Shown here: positions 53,962 to 64,000 of the stretch, one piece after another
How the letters are laid out: the number at the start of each line of letters is the position of its first letter
Numbering within the stretch: the stretch's first letter is position 1
Source: the human T2T-CHM13v2.0 reference genome, Homo sapiens
NCBI RefSeq assembly: GCF_009914755.1
Contig: NC_060941.1
Direction: 5' to 3' (one strand)
Length of the DNA stretch: 64,000 nucleotides
Program-made: the position numbers and the translations under genes
Notes under the pieces: model-generated
The model's database searches: none
Told to the model about the DNA's origin: nothing
Seen by the model: the letters and a program-made list of their open reading frames with translations, nothing else

Positions 53962-56900
53962 TGATGATTGAGTTGAACTCACAGAGCTGAACATTCCTTT
54001 GGATGGAGCAGGTTTGAGACACCCTTTTTGTGGAATCTACAAGTGGATATTTGGACCTCTCTGAGGATTTCGTTGGAAACGGGAAAACTGCACCTAACTA
54101 AACGGAAGCATTCTCAGAAACTTCTTGGTGATGTTTGCATTCAAATCCCAGAGTTGAACCTTCCTTTGATAGTTCAGGTTTGAAACACTCTTTTTGTAGG
54201 ATCTGCAAGTGGATATTTGGACCACTCTGTGGCCTTCGTTCGAAACGGGTACATCTTCGCATAAAATCTAGACAGAAGCCTTCTCAGAAACTTCTCTGTG
54301 ATGATTGCATTCAACTCACAGAGTTGAACCCTCCTATGGATAGAGCAGTGTTGAAACTCTCTTTTTGTGGAATCTGCAAGCGGATATGTGGACCTCTCCG
54401 AAGATGTCTTTGGAAACGGGAATATCTTCACATAAAAACTAAACAGAAGCATTCTCAGAAACTTCTCTGTGATGTTTGTGTTCAACTCCCAGAGTTTCAC
54501 AATCCTTCTCATAGAGTAGTTCTGAAACATGCTTTTCGTAGTGTCTGCAAGTGGACATTTGGAGCGCTTTCAGGCCAGTGGTGGAAAACGAATTATGGTC
54601 ACATAAAAACTGGAGAGAAGCATTGTCAGAAACTTCTTTGTGATGATTGCATTCAAGTCACAGAGTTGAAGGTTCCTTTTCAAAGAGCAGCTTCCAATCA
54701 CTCTTTCTGTGGAATCTGCAAGTGGATATTTGGACCTCTTTGAAGATTTCGTTGGAAACTGGAGAATCTTCACAGAAAAGCTAAACAGAAGCATTCTCAG
54801 AAACTTCTTTGTGATGCTTGCATTCAACTCACAGAGTTGAACTTTCCTTTCGAGAGAGAAGCTTTGAAACACTCTTTTTCCAGAATCTGCAAGTGGACAT
54901 TTGGAGGGCTTTGAGGCCTGTGGTGGAAAAGGAATTATCTTCCCGTAAAAGCTAGATAGAAGCATTCTCAGAAACTACTTTGTGATGATTGCATTCAAGT
55001 CACAGAGTTGAACATTCCCTTTGACAGAGCAGTTTGGAAACTCTCTTTGTGTAGAATCTGCAAGTGGAGATATGGACCGCTTTGAGGCCTATGGTAGTAA
55101 AGGAAATAGCTTCATATAAAAGCTAGACAGTAGCATTCACAGAAAACTCTTGGTGACGACTGAGTTTAACTCACAGAGCTGAACATTCCTTTGGATGGAG
55201 CAGTTTCGAAACACACTATTTCTAGAAGGTGCAAGTGGATATGTGGGCCTCTCTGAGGATTTCGTTGGAAACGGGATAAACCGCACAGAACTAAACAGAA
55301 GCATTCTCAGAACCTTCTTCGTGATGTTTGCATTCAACTCACAGTGTTGAACCTTTCTTTGATAGTTCAGGTTTGAAACGGTCTTTCTGTAGAAACTGCA
55401 AGTAGATATTTGGACCTCTCTGAGGATTTCGTTGGAAACGGGATAAACCGCACAGAACTAAAACAGAAGCATTCTCAGAACCCTCTTCGTGATGTTTGCA
55501 TTCAACTCACGGTGCTGAACCTTTCTTTGATAGTTCAGCTTTGAAACACTCTTTTTGTAGAAACTGCAAGTGGATATTTGGTCCTCTCTGAGGATTTCGT
55601 TGGAAACGGGATAAACCGCACAGAACTAAACAGAAGCATTCTCAGAACCTTCTTCGTGATGTCTGCATTCAACTCACAGTGTGGAACATTTCTTTGATAG
55701 TTCAGGTTTGAAACACTCTTTTTGTAGTAACTGCAAGGGGATAATTGCACTTCTTTGAGGCCTACCGTAGTAAAGGAAATAACTTCCTATAAAAAGAAGA
55801 CAGAAGCTTTCTCAGAAAATTCTTTGGGATGATTGAGTTGAGGAAACAGAGCTGAACACTCCTTGCGATGTAGCAGTTTAGAAACACACTTTCTGCAGAA
55901 TCTGCAAGTGCATATGTGGACCTCTCTGAGGAATTCATTGGAAACGGGATAATTTCAGCTGACTAAACAGAAGCAGTCTCAGAATCTTCTTTGTGATGTT
56001 TGCATTCAAATCCCAGAGTTGAACTTTCCTTTCCAAGTTCACGTTTGAAACACTCTTTTTGCAGGATCTACAAGTGGATATTTGGACCACTCTGTGTCCT
56101 TCGTTCGAAACGGGTATATCTTCACATGACATCTAGACAGAAGCATTCTCAGAAGCTTCTCTGTGATGACTGCATTCAACTCACGGAGTTGAACACTCCT
56201 TTTGAGAGCGCAGTTTTGAAACTCTCTTTCTGTGGCATCTGCAAGGGGACATGTAGACCTCTTTGAAGATTTCGTTGGAAACGGAATCATCTTCACATAA
56301 AAACTATACAGATGCATTCTCACGAACTTTTTGGTGATGTTTGTATTCAACTCCCAGAGTTGAAATTTCCTTTGGAAAGAGCAGCTATGAAACACTCTTT
56401 TTCTAGAATCTGCAAGTGGACGTTTGGAGGGCTTTGTGGTTTGTGGTGGAAAAGGAAATATCTTCACCTAAATACTAGATAGAAGCATTCTCAGAAACTG
56501 CTTTGTGATGATTGCATTCACCTCACAGAGTTGAACATTCCTATTGATGGAGCAGTTTGGAAACACTCTTGTTGTGGAATGTGCAAGTGGAGATTTGGAG
56601 CGCTTTGAGACCTATGGTAGTAAAGGGAATAGCTTCATAGAAAAACTAGACAGAAGAATTCTCAGAAAATACATTGTGATGATTGAGTTGAACTCACAGA
56701 GCTGAACATTCCTTTGGATGGAGCAGGTTTGAGACACCCTTTTTGTAGAATCTACAAGTGGATATTTGGACCTCTCTGAGGATTTCGTTGGAAACGGGAT
56801 AACTGCACCTAACTAAATGGAAGCATTCTCAGAAACTTCTTGGTGATGTTTGCATTCAAATCCCAGAGTTGAACCTTCCTTTGAGAGTTCAGGTTTGAAA

Positions 56901-59900
56901 CACTCTTTTTGTAGGATCTGCAAGTGGATATTTGGACCACTCTGTGGCCGTCGTTCGAAACGGGTACATCTTCGCATAAAATCTAGACAGAAGCCTTCTC
57001 AGAAACTTCTCTGTGATTATTGCATTCAACTCACAGAGTTGAACCCTCCTATGGATAGAGCAGTGTTGAAATTCTCTTTTTGTGGAATCTGCAAGTGGAT
57101 ATGTGGACCTCTCCGAAGATGTCTTTGGAAACGGGAATATCTTCACATAAAAACTAAACAGAAGCATTCTCAGAAACTTCTCTGTGATGTTTGTGTTCAA
57201 CTCCCAGAGTTTCACATTCCTTCTCATAGTGTAGTTCTGAAACATGCTTTTCGTAGTGTCTGCAAGTGGACATTTGGAGCGCTTTCAGGCCTGTGGTGGA
57301 AAACGAATTATGGTCACATAAAAACTGGAGAGAAGCATTGTCAGAAACTTCTTTGTGATGATTGCATTCAAGTCACAGAGTTGAAGGTTCCTTTTCAAAG
57401 AGCAGTTTCCAATCACTCTTTCTGTGGAATCTGCAAGTGGATATTTGGACCTCTTTGAAGATTTCGTTGGAAACGGGAGAATCTTCACAGAAAAGCTAAA
57501 CAGAAGCATTCTCAGAAACTTCTTTGTGATGCTTGCATTCAACTCACAGAGTTGAACTTTCCTTTCGAGAGAGAAGCTTTGAAACACTCTTTTTCCAGAA
57601 TCTGCAAGTGGACATTTGGAGGGCTTTGAGGTCTGTGGTGGAAAAGGAATTATCTTCCCGTAAAAGCTAGATAGAAGCATTCTCAGAAACTACTTTGTGA
57701 TGATTGCATTCAAGTCACAGAGTTGAACATTCCCTTTGACAGAGCAGTTTGGAAACTCTCTTTGTGTAGAATCTGCAAGTGGAGATATGGACCGCTTTGA
57801 GGCCTATGGTAGTAAAGGAAATAGCTTCATATAAAAGCTAGACAGTAGCATTCACAGAAAACTCTTGGTGACGACTGAGTTTAACTCACAGAGCTGAACA
57901 TTCCTTTGGATGGAGCAGTTTCGAAACACACTATTTCTAGAAGGTGCAAGTGGATATGTGGGCCTCTCTGAGGATTTCGTTGGAAACGGGATAAACCGCA
58001 CAGAACTAAACAGAAGCATTCTCAGAACCTTCTTCGTGATGTTTGCATTCAACTCACAGTGTTGAACCTTTCTTTGATAGTTCAGGTTTGAAACGGTCTT
58101 TCTGTAGAAACTGCAAGTAGATATTTGGACCTCTCTGAGGATTTCGTTGGAAACGGGATAAACCGAACAGAACTAAAACAGAAGCATTCTCAGAACCCTC
58201 TTCGTGATGTTTGCATTCAACTCACGGTGCTGAACCTTTCTTTGATAGTTCAGCTTTGAAACACTCTTTTTGTAGAAACTGCAAGTGGATATTTGGTCCT
58301 CTCTGAGGATTTCGTTGGAAACGGGATAAACCGCACAGAACTAAACAGAAGCATTCTCAGAACCTTCTTCGTGATGTCTGCATTCAACTCACAGTGTGGA
58401 ACCTTTCTTTGATAGTTCAGGTTTGAAACACTCTTTTTGTAGAAACTGCAAGGGGATCATTGCACTTCTTTGAGGCCTACCGTAGTAAAGGAAATAACTT
58501 CCTATAAAAAGAAGACAGAAGCTTTCTCAGAACATTCTTTGGGATGATTGAGTTGAGGAAACAGAGCTGAACACTCCTTGCGATGTAGCAGTTTAGAAAC
58601 ACACTTTCTGCAGAATCTGCAAGTGCATATGTGGACCTCTCTGAGGAATTCATTGGAAACGGGATAATTTCAGCTGACTAAACAGAAGCAGTCTCAGAAT
58701 CTTCTTTGTGATGTTTGCATTCAAATCCCAGAGTTGAACTTTCCTTTCCAAGTTCACGTTTGAAACACTCTTTTTGCAGGATCTACAAGTGGATATTTGG
58801 ACCACTCTGTGTCCTTCGTTCGAAACGGGTATATCTTCACATGACATCTAGACAGAAGCATTCTCAGAAGCTTCTCTGTGATGACTGCATTCAACTCACG
58901 GAGTTGAACACTCCTTTTGAGAGCGCAGTTTTGAAACTCTCTTTCTGTGGCATCTGCAAGGGGACATGTAGACCTCTTTGAAGATTTCGTTGGAAACGGA
59001 ATCATCTTCACATAAAAACTATACAGATGCATTCTCACGAACTTTTTGGTGATGTTTGTATTCAACTCCCAGAGTTGAACTTTCCTTTGGAAAGAGCAGC
59101 TATGAAACACTCTTTTTCTAGAATCTGCAAGTGGACGTTTGGAGGGCTTTGTGGTTTGTGGTGGAAAAGGAAATATCTTCACCTAAATACTAGATAGAAG
59201 CATTCTCAGAAACTGCTTCGTGATGATTGCATTCACCTCACAGAGTTGAACATTCCTATTGATAGAGCAGTTTGGAAACACTCTTGTTGTGGAATGTGCA
59301 AGTGGAGATTTGGAGCGCTTTGAGGCCTATGGTAGTAAAGGGAATAGCTTCATAGAAAAACTAGACAGAAGCATTCTCACAAAATACTTTGTGATGATTG
59401 AGTTTAACTCACAGAGCTGAACATTCCTTTGGATGGAGCAGGTTTGAGACACACTTTTTGTAGAATCTACAAGTGGATATTTGGACCTCTCTGAGGATTT
59501 CGTTGGAAACGGGATAACTGCACCTAACTAAACGGAAGCATTCTCAGAAACTTCTTGGTGATGTTTGCATTCAAATCCCAGAGTTGACCTTCCTTTGATA
59601 GTTCAGGTTTGAAACACTCTTTTTGTAGGATCTGCAAGTGGATATTTGGACCACTCTGTGGCCTTCGTTCGAAACGGGTACATCTTCGCATAAAATCTAG
59701 ACAGAAGCCTTCTCAGAAACTTCTCCGTGATGATTGCATTCAACTCACAGAGTTGAACCCTCCTATGGATAGAGCAGTGTTGAAACTCTCTTTTTGTGGA
59801 ATCTGGAAGTGGATATGTGGACCTCTCCGAAGATGTCTTTGGAAACGGGAATATCTTCACATAAAAACTAAACAGAAGCATTCTCAGAAACTTCTCTGTG

Positions 59901-62900
59901 ATGTTTGTGTTCAACTCCCAGAGTTTCACATTCCTTCTCATAGTGTAGTTCTGAAACATGCTTTTCGTAGTGTCTGCAAGTGGACATTTGGAGCGCTTTC
60001 AGGCCTGTGGTGGAAAACGAATTATGGTCACATAAAAACTGGAGAGAAGCATTGTCAGAAACTTCTTTGTGATGATTGCATTCAAGTCACAGAGTTGAAG
60101 GTTCCTTTTCAAAGAGCAGTTTCCAATCACTCTTTCTGTGGAATCTGCAAGTGGATATTTGGACCTCTTTGAAGATTTCGTTGGAAACGGGAGAATCTTC
60201 ACAGAAAAGCTAAACAGAAGCATTCTCATAAACTTCTTTGTGATGCTTGCATTCAACTCACAGAGTTGAACTTTCCTTTCGAGAGAGAAGCTTTGAAACA
60301 CTCTTTTTCCAGAATCTGCAAGTGGACATTTGGAGGGTTTTGAGGCCTGTGGTGGAAAAGGAATTATCTTCCCGTAAAAGCTAGATAGAAGCATTCTCAG
60401 AAACTACTTTGTGATGATTGCATTCAAGTCACAGAGTTGAACATTCCCTTTGACAGAGCAGTTTGGAAACTCTCTTTGTGTAGAATCTGCAAGTGGTGAT
60501 ATGGACCGCTTTGAGGCCTATGGTAGTAAAGGAAATAGCTTCATATAAAAGCTAGACAGTAGCATTCACAGAAAACTCTTGGTGACGACTGAGTTTAACT
60601 CACAGAGCTGAACATTCCTTTGGATGGAGCAGTTTCGAAACACACTATTTCTAGAAGGTGCAAGTGGATATGTGGGCCTCTCTGAGGATTTCGTTGGAAA
60701 CGGGATAAACCGCACAGAACTAAACAGAAGCATTCTCAGAACCTTCTTCGTGATGTTTGCATTCAACTCACAGTGTTGAACCTTTCTTTGATAGTTCAGG
60801 TTTGAAACGGTCTTTCTGTAGAAACTGCAAGTAGATATTTGGACCTCTCTGAGGATTTCGTTGGAAACGGGATAAACCGCACAGAACTAAAACAGAAGCA
60901 TTCTCAGAACCCTCTTCGTGATGTTTGCATTCAACTCACGGTGCTGAACCTTTCTTTGATAGTTCAGCTTTGAAACACTCTTTTTGTAGAAACTGCAAGT
61001 GGATATTTGGTCCTCTCTGAGGATTTCGTTGGAAACGGGATAAACCGCACAGAACTAAACAGAAGCATTCTCAGAACCTTCTTCGTGATGTCTGCATTGA
61101 ACTCACTGTGTGGAACCTTTCTTTGATAGTTCAGGTTTGAAACACTCTTTTTGTAGAAACTGCAAGGGGATCATTGCACTTCTTTGAGGCCTACCGTAGT
61201 AAAGGAAATAACTTCCTATAAAAAGAAGACAGAAGCTTTCTCAGAAAATTCTTTGGGATGATTGAGTTGAGGAAACAGAGCTGAACACTCCTTGCGATGT
61301 AGCAGTTTAGAAACACACTTTCTGCAGAATCTGCAAGTGCATATGTGGACCTCTCTGAGGAATTCATTGGAAACGGGATAATTTCAGCTGACTAAACAGA
61401 AGCAGTCTCAGAATCTTCTTTGTGATGTTTGCATTCAAATCCCAGAGTTGAACTTTCCTTTCCAAGTTCACGTTTGAAACACTCTTTTTGCAGGATCTAC
61501 AAGTGGATATTTGGACCACTCTGTGTCCTTCGTTCGAAACGGGTATATCTTCACATGACATCTAGACAGAAGCATTCTCAGAAGCTTCTCTGTGATGACT
61601 GCATTCAACTCACGGAGTTGAACACTCCTTTTGAGAGCGCAGTTTTGAAACTCTCTTTCTGTGGCATCTGCAAGGGGACATGTAGACCTCTTTGAAGATT
61701 TCGTTTGAAACGGAATCATCTTCACATAAAAACTATACAGATGCATTCTCAGGAACTTTTTGGTGATGTTTGTATTCAACTCCCAGAGTTGAACTTTCCT
61801 TTGGAAAGAGCAGCTATGAAACACTCTTTTTCTAGAATCTGCAAGTGGACGTTTGGAGGGGTTTGTGGTTTGTGGTGGAAAAGGAAATATCTTCACCTAA
61901 ATACTAGATAGAAGCATTCTCAGAAACTGCTTTGTGATGATTGCATTCACCTCACAGAGTTGAACATTCCTATTGATAGAGCAGTTTGGAAACACTCTTG
62001 TTGTGGAATGTGCAAGTGGAGATTTGGAGCGCTTTGAGGCCTATGGTAGTAAAGGGAATAGCTTCATAGAAAAACTAGACAGAAGCATTCTCAGAAAATA
62101 CTTTGTGATGATTGAGTTGAACTCACAGAGCTGAACATTCCTTTGGATGGAGCAGGTTTGAGACACACTTTTTGTAGAATCTACAAGTGGATATTTGGAC
62201 CTCTCTGAGGATTTCGTTGGAAACGGGATAACTGCACCTAACTAAACGGAAGCATTCTCAGAAACTTCTTGGTGATGTTTGCATTCAAATCCCAGAGTTG
62301 AACCTTCCTTTGAGAGTTCAGGTTTGAAACACTCTTTTTGTAGGATCTGCAAGTGGATATTTGGACCACTCTGTGGCCTTCGTTCGAAACGGGTACATCT
62401 TCGCATAAAATCTAGACAGAAGCCTTCTCAGAAACTTCTCTGTGATGATTGCATTCAACTCACAGAGTTGAACCCTCCTATGGATAGAGCAGTGTTGAAA
62501 CTCTCTTTTTGTGGAATCTGCAAGCGGATATGTGGACCTCTCCGAAGATGTCTTTGGAAACGGGAATATCTTCACATAAAAACTAAACAGAAGCATTCTC
62601 AGAAACTTCTCTGTGATGTTTGTGTTCAACTCCCAGAGTTTCACATTGCTTCTCATAGAGTAGTTCTGAAACATGCTTTTCGTAGTGTCTGCAAGTGGAC
62701 ATTTGGAGCGCTTTCAGGCCTGTGGTGGAAAACGAATTATGGTCACATAAAAACTGGAGAGAAGCATTGTCAGAAACTTCTTTGTGATGATTGCATTCAA
62801 GTCACAGAGTTGAAGGTTCCTTTTCAAAGAGCAGTTTCCAATCACTCTTTCTGTGGAATCTGCAAGTGGATATTTGGACCTCTTTGAAGATTTCGTTGGA

Positions 62901-64000
62901 AACGGGAGAATCTTCACAGAAAAGCTAAACAGAAGCATTCTCATAAACTTCTTTGTGATGCTTGCATTCAACTCACAGAGTTGAACTTTCCTTTCGAGAG
63001 AGAAGCTTTGAAACACTCTTTTTCCAGAATCTGCAAGTGGACATTTGGAGGGTTTTGAGGCCTGTGGTGGAAAAGGAATTATCTTCCCGTAAAAGCTAGA
63101 TAGAAGCATTCTCAGAAACTACTTTGTGATGATTGCATTCAAGTCACAGAGTTGAACATTCCCTTTGACAGAGCAGTTTGGAAACTCTCTTTGTGTAGAA
63201 TCTGCAAGTGGTGATATGGACCGCTTTGAGGCCTATGGTAGTAAAGGAAATAGCTTCATATAAAAGCTAGACAGTAGCATTCACAGAAAACTCTTGGTGA
63301 CGACTGAGTTTAACTCACAGAGCTGAACATTCCTTTGGATGGAGCAGTTTCGAAACACACTATTTCTAGAAGGTGCAAGTGGATATGTGGGCCTCTCTGA
63401 GGATTTCGTTGGAAACGGGATAAACCGCACAGAACTAAACAGAAGCATTCTCAGAACCTTCTTCGTGATGTTTGCATTCAACTCACAGTGTTGAACCTTT
63501 CTTTGATAGTTCAGGTTTGAAACGGTCTTTCTGTAGAAACTGCAAGTAGATATTTGGACCTCTCTGAGGATTTCGTTGGAAACGGGATAAACCGCACAGA
63601 ACTAAAACAGAAGCATTCTCAGAACCCTCTTCGTGATGTTTGCATTCAACTCACGGTGCTGAACCTTTCTTTGATAGTTCAGCTTTGAAACACTCTTTTT
63701 GTAGAAACTGCAAGTGGATATTTGGTCCTCTCTGAGGATTTCGTTGGAAACGGGATAAACCGCACAGAACTAAACAGAAGCATTCTCAGAACCTTCTTCG
63801 TGATGTCTGCATTGAACTCACTGTGTGGAACCTTTCTTTGATAGTTCAGGTTTGAAACACTCTTTTTGTAGAAACTGCAAGGGGATCATTGCACTTCTTT
63901 GAGGCCTACCGTAGTAAAGGAAATAACTTCCTATAAAAAGAAGACAGAAGCTTTCTCAGAAAATTCTTTGGGATGATTGAGTTGAGGAAACAGAGCTGAA

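Larger units (their letters stand above)
1..64000 (+). repeat. D17Z1: Centromeric alpha-satellite HOR array (SF3, 16-mer, 2715 bp), most likely human chr17 D17Z1; 23 complete HOR periods plus a partial 24th
   Basis: Monomers of ~171 bp starting CATTCTCAGAAA run throughout. The period is exactly 2715 bp (position 1 matches 2716; the ORF track repeats at 174, 2889, 5604 ... 46329). There are 16 monomers and one EcoRI site per period. A 2.7-kb EcoRI 16-mer with pentameric substructure and 15-mer variants is the established description of D17Z1. Alpha-satellite identity is essentially certain; the locus name is from recall. Confidence 0.93.

Noticed and set aside
1-64000. CRISPR-like appearance (conserved ~17-30 bp motifs at regular intervals)
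   Set aside because: The intervening sequences are homologous monomer bodies repeating every 2715 bp, not unique spacers, and there are no cas genes.
1-64000. Possible L1/Alu insertion, inversion or non-satellite island
   Set aside because: Every period is accounted for: 2715 bp, except 2546, 2545 and 2714, which are explained by identified deletions. There is no room for an insertion and no strand switch.
1-64000. Assignment to D17Z1-B or -C, DXZ1, D11Z1, or the 13-mer D17Z1 variant
   Set aside because: Those HORs have 14, 12, 5 or 13 monomers; only 16-mers and two 15-mers occur here.

Overview
The whole 64 kb window is one uninterrupted head-to-tail primate alpha-satellite array, all in one orientation. 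It is built from a 2715-bp higher-order repeat (HOR) of 16 monomers of 167-171 bp. The consensus HOR has one EcoRI site, eight canonical CENP-B boxes and a pentamer-derived (suprachromosomal family 3, SF3) monomer order. This best matches human chromosome 17 centromeric D17Z1; the assignment is from recalled knowledge, not a database search. Phased to window position 1, HOR copies start at 1, 2716, 5431, 8146, 10861, 13576, 16291, 19006, 21721, 24436, 27151, 29866, 32581, 35296, 38011, 40726, 43441, 46156, 48702, 51417, 53962, 56677, 59392 and 62106 (partial). I find no genes, transposon insertions, inversions or CRISPR. All supplied ORFs are chance products of the repeat, and I cannot support a novel protein-coding system. 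The informative signal is the array's recent history, read from diagnostic SNVs. It includes (i) a 5261-bp (31-monomer) out-of-register tandem duplication whose junction maps to about 5 bp inside a CENP-B box and creates a 15-mer HOR; (ii) a second 15-mer with a different breakpoint at a haplotype boundary; (iii) an 8145-bp three-HOR super-repeat; (iv) single-HOR doublets and mosaic copies; (v) patchy CENP-B box loss; and (vi) an apparent excess of A<->T transversions plus clustered mutations. All SNV comparisons were made by eye and need confirming by alignment.
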